Shown here: positions 6,286 to 16,197 of the stretch, one piece after another
Layout of the letters: each line of letters opens with the position of its first letter
How positions within the stretch are numbered: position 1 is the first letter of the stretch
IMG/VR virus record: IMGVR_UViG_3300025770_000870
Span: 1 to 64,000 of that record
Strand: one strand, 5' to 3'
Length of the DNA stretch: 64,000 bases
The notes under the pieces: model-generated
What the model was told of the DNA's origin: nothing
The model's database searches: none
The model's input: only the letters and a program-made list of their open reading frames with translations
Made by a program: the position numbers and the translations under genes

Positions 6286-7392
6286 ATGATTTTAGAAAAA
6301 GTAAGATTCACCAAAACAGGTGACAAGGAATTTTATAAAGTACTCAGAAAGCGTGTTAACGCTTACTTTAAAGAAAAAGGTATTTCAAAATTTGCAAACG
6401 TAAACATGGTATTGAAAACTATATTTATGTTGGCTTTATACTTAACACCTTTCATACTAATACTCACAACACTTTCTTCTTCTTTATTAATTATATTGAT
6501 GTGGATGTTGATGGGGTTTGGAATGGCAGGAATTGGCCTTTCAATAATGCACGATGCTAATCACAGCGCATACTCGAAGAATAAACACGTTAATTTATTT
6601 ATGGGAAAACTGATTTGGTTAGTTGGTGGTAGTGATGTAAACTGGAGGATTCAACATAATGTTTTACACCACACTTATACAAATGTACATGGAATGGATG
6701 AAGACATTGAAATTGATCCATTAATGCGTTTTTCACCAAATCAAAAATTGAGAAAGGGTCATAAGTTTCAGTTTATTTATGCATGGTTCCTTTATGGCAT
6801 GATGACTATGATGTGGGCAACAACTAAAGATTATTCTCAATGGAAAAGATATAAGAATAAAGATTTAATTAAAACACAGGGGTTATCAAGTAAGAGTTTT
6901 CTTTGGACTTTAATTTCAACAAAAACTATTTATTTAATACTTACTCTTGGTCTACCATTACTTATAGGGTCAATGCCTTGGCACCAAACAGTATTATGTT
7001 TCTTATTAATGCACTTTATTGCTGGTGTAACATTAGCATCAATTTTCCAACCAGCACACGTTGTTCCTTCATCAGATTATTCAAAGCCTGATGAAAACGG
7101 AAATGTAGAAGTATCTTGGGCAGAAAACCAATTAATGAACACAACGAACTTCGCACCAAAAGCACGTTTATTTTCTTGGTATGTAGGTGGGTTAAACTAT
7201 CAAATAGAACACCACTTATTTCCAAATATTTGTCATGTTCATTACCGTAAGATTTCAAAAATTGTAAGAGATACTGCATTTGAATACGAACTACCTTATC
7301 ATTCCTATAAAACATTTTATGAGGCTCTATCAAACCATACAAAGATGCTTTATACTTTAGGAAGAGTTGAAGACGCTCCAGTAATACATTAA
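6286..7392 (+). CDS. Membrane fatty acid (acyl-CoA) desaturase
   Basis: Three His boxes HDANH, HNVLHH, QIEHHLFP; TM segments. Confidence 0.93.
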   Translation: MILEKVRFTKTGDKEFYKVLRKRVNAYFKEKGISKFANVNMVLKTIFMLALYLTPFILILTTLSSSLLIILMWMLMGFGMAGIGLSIMHDANHSAYSKNKHVNLFMGKLIWLVGGSDVNWRIQHNVLHHTYTNVHGMDEDIEIDPLMRFSPNQKLRKGHKFQFIYAWFLYGMMTMMWATTKDYSQWKRYKNKDLIKTQGLSSKSFLWTLISTKTIYLILTLGLPLLIGSMPWHQTVLCFLLMHFIAGVTLASIFQPAHVVPSSDYSKPDENGNVEVSWAENQLMNTTNFAPKARLFSWYVGGLNYQIEHHLFPNICHVHYRKISKIVRDTAFEYELPYHSYKTFYEALSNHTKMLYTLGRVEDAPVIH

Positions 7393-7403
7393 ATAAACAG
7401 CAT

Positions 7404-7435
7404 AAAAAAGGTGTTATCATTATAATAACACCTTT
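7404..7435. terminator. Intrinsic terminator between convergent genes
   Basis: Inverted repeat AAAGGTGTTAT-N7-ATAACACCTTT with flanking A run. Confidence 0.7.
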
Positions 7436-7450
7436 CATTAATTCAATAAG

Positions 7451-8131
7451 TTATTTCAAAAATTGAACATGAATAACAGATTCTCCCGTTAAAGGTTTTG
7501 TTGGTGGACAAGCGGCTAAAGCTTCATCATATTCTATTTGTGCAGCGACTTCGTCTGATTTTGCATCACTAGCATTCCCACTTGTTATAGCTTTTGCTGC
7601 TCCAGCTCCAGTTGCAGCGGATGCTGCTAAAGCATTTGCCGCTGATGCTGCTGTTAAGGCTGTAGTACAAGTTGCTAGTGTAGCTGACGCGGTCACAAGT
7701 GCAGCAGATGTAATAGCTTCGGCCGCTACCGCAATTGCTTCTGTATCGGTCGCTCCTGCAAGCCATAATGCTGCGGCTGCCGTTGCCGCTTCAGATGGTC
7801 CAAAATCCCAAAATGGAATCCAATTTGATGCGGCTGCCGCGGTTACAGCTACTCCAGCTGCCGCAACATCTGCAGTTGCTGCTGTAAGTGTTGCTGTAGC
7901 TGCCGTCTCAGCTGTTACTGCTAATGCTTGTGCGGTAACAGCTGCTACTTGTGCACTGCTCGCAACTGCATTTGCGCTTGCTGCTAGTGTAGCAGCCGCA
8001 GAAGCTGCGATGAGTGTATCATTGGCAATACTATCAGCCTTTGATGCACTAACTAATTTTGACTTTGCTACTGCTAAAGCTTGTGTAGCATCAACCAAAC
8101 GTTCTTGTGGTGTTCTTTTATCTCCTGTCAT
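7451..8131 (-). CDS. Ala-rich heptad-repeat helical hairpin protein
   Basis: Ala at every 7th residue from 15 to 99; central WIPFWDFGP hinge. Confidence 0.8.
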   Translation of the reverse strand: MTGDKRTPQERLVDATQALAVAKSKLVSASKADSIANDTLIAASAAATLAASANAVASSAQVAAVTAQALAVTAETAATATLTAATADVAAAGVAVTAAAASNWIPFWDFGPSEAATAAAALWLAGATDTEAIAVAAEAITSAALVTASATLATCTTALTAASAANALAASAATGAGAAKAITSGNASDAKSDEVAAQIEYDEALAACPPTKPLTGESVIHVQFLK

Positions 8132-8237
8132 ATTTTTTTTTATTTTTATATATCTAATTATATTGTTTTTGTTCTTTCTTTATATTTGATTGTAAAATGA
8201 TTCTTATTTTGAATGGTAGATTATAATATATAATCTA

Positions 8238-8759
8238 ATGAAATATCTAATGAAATATTTAAAGACATACGAATCTATGGTTGATGCTCCTTCTGGGTAT
8301 AAACATAAACCTAAACTATCAAGTCTTACCAAACAAGAGATTAAAGATATCTTAGTTAATTTCTCTGATTGGGATAACTGTGATATTAAAATAGATGAAC
8401 TTCACAATAATAAATGGGGTGATTATGTTAGAAGTGGTTATGAATTTAGATTCGATATTAATATATCATCTGTTATCAGATACGGAGAAGATCTTGGCCA
8501 TACCAATCCAATAGAATTAAACAATGATTTACTTGATGATTTAGTTAGACTATATTCTATATTCAAGGAAGATAAGTGGGATTGTGATATAACACTAACA
8601 ATTAAAGGAAATAATAAGAATTATAAAGAAACAGTTTACACTGTACCAACAGCAGGATATTCGATAAGTGAAGATGGTATTTATTATCAATATGATAAGA
8701 TAGACTTGGATAAGATACCACCAATTATGAATATCGAATTACAATTAATATCATATTAA
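8238..8759 (+). CDS. MKYLK-leader family protein
   Basis: MKYLMKYLKTYES; EIKDILVNFSD motif; TAATATATA at 8224. Confidence 0.8.
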   Translation: MKYLMKYLKTYESMVDAPSGYKHKPKLSSLTKQEIKDILVNFSDWDNCDIKIDELHNNKWGDYVRSGYEFRFDINISSVIRYGEDLGHTNPIELNNDLLDDLVRLYSIFKEDKWDCDITLTIKGNNKNYKETVYTVPTAGYSISEDGIYYQYDKIDLDKIPPIMNIELQLISY

Positions 8760-8779
8760 TAAAATTAATATATAGTCTA

Positions 8780-9331
8780 ATGAAATATTTAAAGAAATTC
8801 AATGAGAGTTCTAATCTAGAACAAACCTCACTTAACTTAAAACAAACAATACAAGATATATTCTTAGACCTTACTGATGATGGGTATAAGATAAGTATTC
8901 AAACTCCAAAATCTCCGACACAGGTAGAGTCTAGTCGTGTAAATAAATTACATCCTAACTACGGAGATAAGATAACATTAATAATATCTTTAGAAAAGGT
9001 AGAATCTAATTATGAAAATATCCTTGGTAGAACTTTTAGTAATGTTCCATTTATATTTAGTGAGTGTATTGATAATTTTGATAGGGTATATGATTATGCT
9101 TCTTCTTATGGTGATGTAGTTACTAATCAAGTAGGTGCTTTATTAAACAATATTGTTGATGTCATCACCCCAATTAGCCATTCCGTTTTTTCTTATGGAC
9201 CAAATCATCCTTCACGTACAATCAAAGATAATAACTGGGGTTCATTTAAAGATAAGTTAATAAATGAATATGGTTTAGATACATTGGTTAGATTCCTTAC
9301 AATAAACCTTACTATTGTATTAGATACCTAG
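8780..9331 (+). CDS. MKYLK-leader family protein
   Basis: MKYLKKFNES; IQDIFLDLTDDGY; TAATATATA at 8766. Confidence 0.85.
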   Translation: MKYLKKFNESSNLEQTSLNLKQTIQDIFLDLTDDGYKISIQTPKSPTQVESSRVNKLHPNYGDKITLIISLEKVESNYENILGRTFSNVPFIFSECIDNFDRVYDYASSYGDVVTNQVGALLNNIVDVITPISHSVFSYGPNHPSRTIKDNNWGSFKDKLINEYGLDTLVRFLTINLTIVLDT

Positions 9332-9616
9332 ATTTTTTAATTTGAAATCTCTAATTTCTTGATTTGTTAAATCACAAGGCTTCCACGATGATTTATTTAA
9401 AAATATCACGTCCAAAAACCGTTTGCTTAGACTGGTTCTATTAATTTGTTTCTTATTACACCTTTTACATTTACGTATATCGTAAGTTTTGGTGCTTATA
9501 TTTTGATCCAATCTGTTCGAATTACCAACGATAGTGACCATACTTTTGTATACCACGGAATCTTTATAATATTCCCAGTTATGTTTTATCTTACACATCA
9601 TTTTCAACCTCATCAA
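9320..9616 (-). CDS. Hypothetical protein with C/H metal-binding residues
   Basis: CKIKH...CKRC; C-terminal IRDFKLKNLGI. Confidence 0.65.
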   Translation of the reverse strand: MMRLKMMCKIKHNWEYYKDSVVYKSMVTIVGNSNRLDQNISTKTYDIRKCKRCNKKQINRTSLSKRFLDVIFLNKSSWKPCDLTNQEIRDFKLKNLGI

Positions 9617-9917
9617 TAAACTTTAACATTCTATTTAAACAGTTATGTGGTGTGTTATCTGTGATTGATTTAGAATAAATCATAAAGTGTCTAAGTACAT
9701 AATCACCTTCACATTTATCATAAGATCTAGTACTAAATACTTCAACACCAGATTTGTACATTTCATTAATAAAATCTTCGAACCTGGTTCCATATTCTGT
9801 ATGTGTGTATGTGATAGTATCAAATTTATCTAATACAACGGCAGAATCTATCTTAAAGGTAATAACATAAGAGTTACCCTCTCTTCTAATAGTATGTATA
9901 ATCTTATCTGTTATCAT
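9591..9917 (-). CDS. Hypothetical protein
   Basis: ORF track; downstream of the ATCCGTATATTG promoter motif. Confidence 0.7.
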   Translation of the reverse strand: MITDKIIHTIRREGNSYVITFKIDSAVVLDKFDTITYTHTEYGTRFEDFINEMYKSGVEVFSTRSYDKCEGDYVLRHFMIYSKSITDNTPHNCLNRMLKFIDEVENDV

Positions 9918-10108
9918 TTAGTATAATTTACTTTCACAATATACGGATATTATATTGAAATAAAGACTTTCTGATGTTATATTATATAATATATACAAAA
10001 AAATTAAAAACAAAGGATAAAACAAACTGTTCTAGTGTAGGAATATGGTGTTGTTCTAGTCCTTTTGAAAAGTGGTAATATAAAATTGAGGTTTATATCA
10101 CTTACAAT

Positions 10109-10825
10109 CTATTGGGTGGTAAGTTTTAATTTAACCTTATATATTGATGGTTTTATTAAATCATTATTAACCTCACTCTTTAGTATTAAAACATATTCAA
10201 TAGAATATCTATCATATTCACTTATAAAAGTACCCAATCTACTATAATCACCCTTTCTCTTATAAAAGAAAGAATAATAATCTGTTGTATTATCTCTTTC
10301 TAGTAAAGTCATTTTTCTTGTACCACCACCCAATTCTCTGAATGATTGTTTAGTGTTTACTAAAATAGGTGTATTGGTTTTTTCGTTACGAATCATCTCC
10401 TTCTGTGTGATACTCCATCTAAATGATGGTAAACCCTTTGTCTTGATTAAGAATTCAGTTTGGTCAAGTGCATGTTCTGACATAAATGATTTCATATCTA
10501 TATCAGTAACCTTTCCTGTTAATACTGTTTTACCTGATGTTGGGTTAGTTAGAACACTTGACATCTTTTGTTGGTATTCAATTTCACCATCTAATACATA
10601 ATCACCAATAGATAATACTTGATCTATGATAGAGTTGATTTCATGTCTATCATCTTCATCAAAGATAGATTTAAGTACTGTCATACCAGAAGTTCTCTTC
10701 TTTGTAATACTAACCACATTATTTTTGACATCAAGTTTAAATTCATCATCATTTATACTACTAAATAATAATCTGATATCATCATCATTGGATTCGAATA
10801 GTTTATAACTGTTTAAAAACTTCAT
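10109..10825 (-). CDS. MKYLK-leader family protein
   Basis: MKFLNSYKLFES. Confidence 0.8.
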   Translation of the reverse strand: MKFLNSYKLFESNDDDIRLLFSSINDDEFKLDVKNNVVSITKKRTSGMTVLKSIFDEDDRHEINSIIDQVLSIGDYVLDGEIEYQQKMSSVLTNPTSGKTVLTGKVTDIDMKSFMSEHALDQTEFLIKTKGLPSFRWSITQKEMIRNEKTNTPILVNTKQSFRELGGGTRKMTLLERDNTTDYYSFFYKRKGDYSRLGTFISEYDRYSIEYVLILKSEVNNDLIKPSIYKVKLKLTTQ

Positions 10826-10943
10826 ATACTATATATAATAAACGTAATTCAATTTATGAATACACAAGAATTATTTAATTATGAAGTATTTAAAATTTGA
10901 GTTAAAAAGTTTAATATATATAAATAAGAAAAAAAAAGATAAT

Positions 10944-11480
10944 ATGAAACATTTAAAGAAGTATGAATCATTTCTAATATTAGAAGGTGATACTCACCAA
11001 ACAGTAAAAGAACTAAACGGTGAAAATAAATCAAAATTACTTAATGGTGTAGAGTTTTATGTTCATTCTATGAATGTATTAAAAGGTAGTGATGATACTA
11101 AATTAAGCGGATCTAAATTCAAAGTTAAGATTGTTGACGCTGGTCAATTTGATACTGGTGCTTCTGATACTATTACGTTAAAACCTAAATTAGAAGTTAG
11201 TGATATTCAATTGGGAGAAAACAACGAAGAAAATGAGCATCTACAAGGAAATTACGGAATGATTAAACAATTCAAAGATAGTAGTTTTATTATTTTTGCA
11301 AGAGATTCTAAAGGTGATGGAATTAATAATGAATTAAGATGTGATTATCCTTTGAATAGTCAATTTGTTATCGAAGCGGAAAGTAAATTAATACCGGCTC
11401 TGAATGAAGTTTTTGGAACTGAATTCAAATTCAGTCCTTTTGAGACAGATAAAAGATATGTCATCTTTAGTGCTAAATAA
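10944..11480 (+). CDS. MKYLK-leader family protein
   Basis: Preferred start MKHLKKYESFLILE, downstream of TAATATATA at 10912. Confidence 0.8.
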   Translation: MKHLKKYESFLILEGDTHQTVKELNGENKSKLLNGVEFYVHSMNVLKGSDDTKLSGSKFKVKIVDAGQFDTGASDTITLKPKLEVSDIQLGENNEENEHLQGNYGMIKQFKDSSFIIFARDSKGDGINNELRCDYPLNSQFVIEAESKLIPALNEVFGTEFKFSPFETDKRYVIFSAK

Positions 11481-11484
11481 ACAG

Positions 11485-11513
11485 AAACCTCTCAAAATTT
11501 GAGAGGTTTTTTT
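11485..11513 (+). terminator. Intrinsic terminator
   Basis: AAACCTCTCAAA-A-TTTGAGAGGTTT inverted repeat followed by a T run. Confidence 0.85.
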
Positions 11514-11863
11514 ATATCTATAAATTATTAATATAAGATTGATTAGTCAATGTATAAGAATAATAAATAATATTAAATAATGGGATAAAGCCATTGCTCT
11601 TTGTGAGAAACGAAGTGAACAACATGACCTTCTACAATTACGAGCTTAAATTCATTGATGAATCACAACCATTCAAATGGTCACAACAAAAAAAGTACAT
11701 ATATCTCAATAGTGAATCATTCACTAAACTAACACAACCAAGTAAAATAAATATCTCACCCAGATAGAATGGGAAAGATAATTTTATAAGACACATTTTC
11801 CTTTTCATTTGTTTATCTTTTTTTATGCAAAATTTAATATATAAACTAATAAAATAAAATTTT

Positions 11864-12745
11864 ATGAAATACTTAAAGTTATACGAACAATTTAGTCTTT
11901 TATTAGAGAAATTAGATACCAAAGGAAAACAACTATTTTTACTGTGTGGTCCAAGTGGTACAGGTAAAACTTACTTATCTGGTAAAATAGGAATCCGCCA
12001 TTGGACTGAATCATCAGATTTCGAAGGAGATTGTTTAATTACAACCGATGTCGTGGGAATTGAACAAGAAAAAATTACACAGTTATTAGAAGCTAAAGGT
12101 TGTCCTAAGTTAGCTGAGATATCAAAAACATTTAAAGAAGATGGAATATTTACTATAAAAGTATATTATCAAGATATTTATAAAAAGTGGGAAGATGAGT
12201 CTAGTGATGAGGAAAAAGAGATATTAAATCCGTTATGGGATATTTGTACAGAATCAAATAGTAAATGTCCTAATACAAATCAACAAGATACTAGAGTTTG
12301 GAAACTAGCTTTTGTTGGTTATTTATGGGGTACTGGTAGAATTGTTTTTGATGATGTTAGACCAACAATAAATAATTTTTATGATGGTATAAAAGAATAT
12401 ATAATTTATACTCCACTTATAACATACCTTAGTGATAATTTGATTAATAGACTTAAAAAGGATCCTAATATGAGTGTAGAAGATAAAATTAAAAAGTTTT
12501 TTGAGTGGTTTCAATTATCGGAAACAGTTGATAATTCATTTCCAGATGATATAAAATATACTATTCAAGAGATTGAAGAATCTATGAAAGGGTTAAATAT
12601 TAAAATAGAAGACTTTATAAACATTTCTAAAATTACAGATGAAATGAAAAATGATGGTTTCTACTTTATAAAAGGTGGGATTCAAGGAGATAAAGATAAT
12701 AGTCCGGTATTTAATTCAAGAAGTGGTCAGAAATTAAGCTTATGA
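11864..12745 (+). CDS. P-loop NTPase/kinase with MKYLK leader
   Basis: Walker A GPSGTGKT, RIVFDD Walker B-like; leader MKYLKLYEQFSLLLE. Confidence 0.8.
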   Translation: MKYLKLYEQFSLLLEKLDTKGKQLFLLCGPSGTGKTYLSGKIGIRHWTESSDFEGDCLITTDVVGIEQEKITQLLEAKGCPKLAEISKTFKEDGIFTIKVYYQDIYKKWEDESSDEEKEILNPLWDICTESNSKCPNTNQQDTRVWKLAFVGYLWGTGRIVFDDVRPTINNFYDGIKEYIIYTPLITYLSDNLINRLKKDPNMSVEDKIKKFFEWFQLSETVDNSFPDDIKYTIQEIEESMKGLNIKIEDFINISKITDEMKNDGFYFIKGGIQGDKDNSPVFNSRSGQKLSL

Positions 12746-13359
12746 AATATCTAAAGAAATTTGAAGAATTAAAGTTAAGAGATTATACCAATACTTTTAG
12801 TGAGAATTTTGTGCGTGATGTTAGAGATATAGTACAAGACTTAGAAGAAGACTCACCTTATACAATAGAATTAGATTTAACGTTCAATGGGTTAGAAGGT
12901 CGTAAAGGTAACCATTCACGTTTGGAAGGAGAAGATAAAAGACTATGGGATAGTGACTTACCAGCTATTACTGTATTCGTTAAAGATCCTGTTGAAAGAC
13001 CTGACTTATGGCAAGATGATAAGAAACGCTTTGTTACTAAGAGATGGGTTAATACAGATGGTTCATTAAGAGGTAAGGCTAGAAAGATTAAGATGTGGAA
13101 TCAAGAATGTATTAACGTAGCTAAACGATTAAAAGAATACTTAGGTGATAACTATTTATTATTCACTATAATTGATAGGGGTGATGAAAGGTCATTTGAT
13201 TTAGATACTATTAATAAACCAAGTGATATAGGTCAACCAAGTGGTGATGGATGGTGTTCTTTCCCTAGACTTAGTGTACGTAACTATCAACAAGGAGACA
13301 TAACAAGTTTTAGAATACTATACAAACCAGATGAATATATTGAATCAGAGATAGTATAG
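12742..13359 (+). CDS. MKYLK-leader family protein
   Basis: MKYLKKFEE; DVRDIVQDLEED. Confidence 0.8.
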   Translation: MKYLKKFEELKLRDYTNTFSENFVRDVRDIVQDLEEDSPYTIELDLTFNGLEGRKGNHSRLEGEDKRLWDSDLPAITVFVKDPVERPDLWQDDKKRFVTKRWVNTDGSLRGKARKIKMWNQECINVAKRLKEYLGDNYLLFTIIDRGDERSFDLDTINKPSDIGQPSGDGWCSFPRLSVRNYQQGDITSFRILYKPDEYIESEIV

Positions 13360-13363
13360 ATTG

Positions 13364-13696
13364 TTATTTCATCCCACCAGGCTTACAACATACTGGTAGT
13401 TTATCTACTGATGAAGATATCGCTTTCACGTTATCAGCGTCATATCCTGTTTCAGAAATAACTTTTTTAATTTGATCCAAAGAAATTTTCTTCGTGGAAT
13501 ACTTAACCGTTACTTTTTTATCTTTCAAATTTAATTCTGAAAATTTGATTCCTTTTGTATAATTCAATTTATCTTCAATTCTAATTTTACAAGAACCACA
13601 TTCTGCTGATGTTTGAATCACAGATGTTTTTGTTTGTGCATTAATAAATGTAGTGAAAAAGAGTGCTATCGATAATAATAATATTTTATATTTCAT
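13364..13696 (-). CDS. Secreted heavy-metal-associated (HMA) domain protein
   Basis: Signal peptide; CGSC metal motif; GYDAD; C-terminal LPVCCK. Confidence 0.85.
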   Translation of the reverse strand: MKYKILLLSIALFFTTFINAQTKTSVIQTSAECGSCKIRIEDKLNYTKGIKFSELNLKDKKVTVKYSTKKISLDQIKKVISETGYDADNVKAISSSVDKLPVCCKPGGMK

Positions 13697-13751
13697 TTTT
13701 TATATATTAGTTCTAACCAAAATATACAACTATTGTACCAAAATCAACTTT

Positions 13752-14096
13752 CTATTTCCAAAATATTTGTATGCAAATTAAACTACATGCTAAAGATAAT
13801 GATACAATAGTTTTTAAAGTAATACCTTCGCCTAGAAAGAACCAAGTTAAAAATGTGAATGATATTATACCTGAACCAAATGCAATAAACCTACCAGGCC
13901 ACAATAGACCATCATAATACTCTACTATAAATTTAGTACCATAAATTAATATGTAACTAATAGCAGTGCCAAAGATTATTGAAACTGCTAGTGGGTTTCT
14001 TTTAAACCAAGGCCATACAAATTGTCCATTGGTTTGAAACCATATTGCTGCTTGTCCAGTAAAGAATAGTAAAAACCCTAATAATAATTTATTCAT
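13752..14096 (-). CDS. Small 4-TM membrane protein (DMT/SMR-like)
   Basis: Four hydrophobic segments; FLGEGIT near the end. Confidence 0.6.
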   Translation of the reverse strand: MNKLLLGFLLFFTGQAAIWFQTNGQFVWPWFKRNPLAVSIIFGTAISYILIYGTKFIVEYYDGLLWPGRFIAFGSGIISFTFLTWFFLGEGITLKTIVSLSLACSLICIQIFWK

Positions 14097-14109
14097 CTAT
14101 TTTATTTAG

Positions 14110-14183
14110 TGAGCCCGAAAGGATTCGAACCTTTGACCGCCTCCTTAGAAGGGAGGTGCTCTATCCAGCTGAGCTACGGGCCC
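14110..14183 (-). tRNA. trnR: tRNA-Arg (anticodon TCT)
   Basis: GGGCCCGTAGCTCAGCTGGATAGAGCA-CCTCC CT TCT AA GGAGG-CGGTCAAAGGTTCGAATCCTTTCGGGCTCA forms a full cloverleaf; CCA not encoded. Confidence 0.96.
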
Positions 14184-14315
14184 TTTTTAATTGTTATACT
14201 TTATTATAAATCTAAATGTTTTGGTATATCATCTACCATATGTCGCTTCCACCAGGATTTAATTGATTTGATAATTTTTTTAATCATATTTATTCTTATT
14301 TATTTGTTTTAATTC

Positions 14316-15083
14316 TTATATCTCTTTTTTTACTTCATCTGAAAGAAAATAAGAGAAACCTCCAACAACAATTGGCCAATCATTTAAATGTATTAATGAA
14401 TCATGGAAATCCTCACTTGACATAGATAAGAACTTTTCATAAGATAAATTATGATTAATATCATCCGATATATTGGTTCTCATTATGGTCTCTAGTAATT
14501 TATGTCTATGTGGAGTAGCTCTTCTGTCTATCTTGTATAAATAACCATTTGTTGTTAATTTTGTAAATTTACCGAAATTGCTTTCGTTATATTTTTCCGA
14601 GGGTTGTGAAAAATCATATTCCATTGTATCGAATTGAACTTTTCCATCAATTATTTTTTTATATGAAGGTATTTTAATAAAAATCTGGTTGTCTTCTGTG
14701 ATTCTAGGAAATAACCAATCTTCAAAGGGTTTATCTTTATTGTATTCTATTAATTCACGTTTTGAAAATAAACTAAGTGGTTTACTTGTTACTGAAATAT
14801 CTAATAATAAACTATATCGATTTAAAGCAATATTATTAAGTGTATTCATATCCTCTTCTACTTGACTCCAATCTGTATTTTCATCATAATCATGTAAAAG
14901 ATATAAATCTAAATCCCATGTCGTTTTTTTATATAAGAATCCTCCAACAATTAATATTTTATATTTAATTGCTAATGGTGAGATTTCGTTATCCTGAAAA
15001 AACGCTCTTACAACTTCATATGATGGTTGAAACCATACGTTGTCTGTTGTTATACTACCAATTTGGTAAAAAAATGATTTCAT
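14316..15083 (-). CDS. Putative Pol-beta-superfamily nucleotidyltransferase
   Basis: VGGFL-x5-WDLDL resembles the hG[GS]...DxD motif. Confidence 0.5.
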   Translation of the reverse strand: MKSFFYQIGSITTDNVWFQPSYEVVRAFFQDNEISPLAIKYKILIVGGFLYKKTTWDLDLYLLHDYDENTDWSQVEEDMNTLNNIALNRYSLLLDISVTSKPLSLFSKRELIEYNKDKPFEDWLFPRITEDNQIFIKIPSYKKIIDGKVQFDTMEYDFSQPSEKYNESNFGKFTKLTTNGYLYKIDRRATPHRHKLLETIMRTNISDDINHNLSYEKFLSMSSEDFHDSLIHLNDWPIVVGGFSYFLSDEVKKEI

Positions 15084-15097
15084 CTTATTTACTTGTT

Positions 15098-15358
15098 TTA
15101 ATCTTTTAATTCAATCATTTCACATATCATATCAAACTGTTTTATACTATTGCACTTACCATTGTATTTAACTGAGTAATTTGGCCCATCTTGATTAAAT
15201 CCTTCATCTGTTGATGTTATAATAATCCTACCATTTGTAACACTAAGAAATGCTCCTTGTCCATTATCTTTCCATATATCACCCTTCTGAAATTTTTGTT
15301 CATTATGTATATCGTATTTGAATTCCCAACCTCTTTCTTCTATTTCTTCTTTACTCAT
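15098..15358 (-). CDS. Hypothetical, preceded by a variant junction repeat
   Basis: ORF track; TAAACCAAATGAAAGATG start context. Confidence 0.75.
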   Translation of the reverse strand: MSKEEIEERGWEFKYDIHNEQKFQKGDIWKDNGQGAFLSVTNGRIIITSTDEGFNQDGPNYSVKYNGKCNSIKQFDMICEMIELKD

Positions 15359-15370
15359 CTTTCATTTGGT

Positions 15371-15808
15371 TTAATATCCTATTCTACTTCCACGAACAAT
15401 ATATGTAATTTCATTCATTACTCTACCTGCTATGATTGCATCATGTCTCTGTTCTATAACCTGATAAACGTGTGTGAAATTGTCATTGATATGTTGTTCT
15501 AATTGTTTCTTTATCTCGTTGTTATCAGATACGCTTGAGAAGTTTTTTCTTAATTCACCTATTCTCTGTAATGGTGCCTTTCTCATATAAACTTCATGTG
15601 AACTACCTTTATACTTAAAGTTTGGACTATGAACAATCTTATCATTCAAATCCAATTCATTCATTGGTATGTCATATCGCCAAGGTTTGTTAGTATCATC
15701 AATCTCTGATGTTTGTTCTTCTTTGAACTTATCCCATGCTCCTGACCATTTTGGATCTGACCACATAGATTGGTTTCCAAACTTATCTTTAATTATTTCA
15801 CTGTTCAT
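15371..15808 (-). CDS. Hypothetical, preceded by an exact junction repeat
   Basis: Exact 18-mer at 15806-15823. Confidence 0.75.
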   Translation of the reverse strand: MNSEIIKDKFGNQSMWSDPKWSGAWDKFKEEQTSEIDDTNKPWRYDIPMNELDLNDKIVHSPNFKYKGSSHEVYMRKAPLQRIGELRKNFSSVSDNNEIKKQLEQHINDNFTHVYQVIEQRHDAIIAGRVMNEITYIVRGSRIGY

Positions 15809-15835
15809 CTTTGTTTTGGTTTATAATATTATAGA

Positions 15836-16078
15836 TTAATAATCTTTCCATTGTATTTCACCTTTGTCGGCTTTAACAGTGTAAAACATATGATCTGGAT
15901 CTCCGTATTCATCTAACAAATCTGCATCCATAAACTCATCTTCTACCTCATCAATATTCTCATCAATATATTCTTTAACAAATGCTTCGACATCTTCTGT
16001 TCCATCAGGAATCTCCAGTTCAATCGTTCTATTGTCTGTGTACATAATTTGAGTACTTCTTGTTACTTTTATTTTCAT
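15836..16078 (-). CDS. Small acidic hypothetical protein
   Basis: ORF track. Confidence 0.75.
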   Translation of the reverse strand: MKIKVTRSTQIMYTDNRTIELEIPDGTEDVEAFVKEYIDENIDEVEDEFMDADLLDEYGDPDHMFYTVKADKGEIQWKDY

Positions 16079-16197
16079 AATACTTTATTATATTAGTTCT
16101 ATATAATATTCCATTAATAGTTGTGGATATCTAAATGTGATAAGAAATTATACCTAAAGAATTCTATGATGCTAAAGTACAAATAGTTGGTAAAAGA

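Noticed and set aside
7451-8131. Type I antifreeze-like protein
   Set aside because: Periodicity is 7-residue, not the 11-residue Thr spacing of Ala-rich antifreeze proteins.
14109-14312. 67-aa ORF MSPKGFEPLT...
   Set aside because: Antisense reading of tRNA-Arg.
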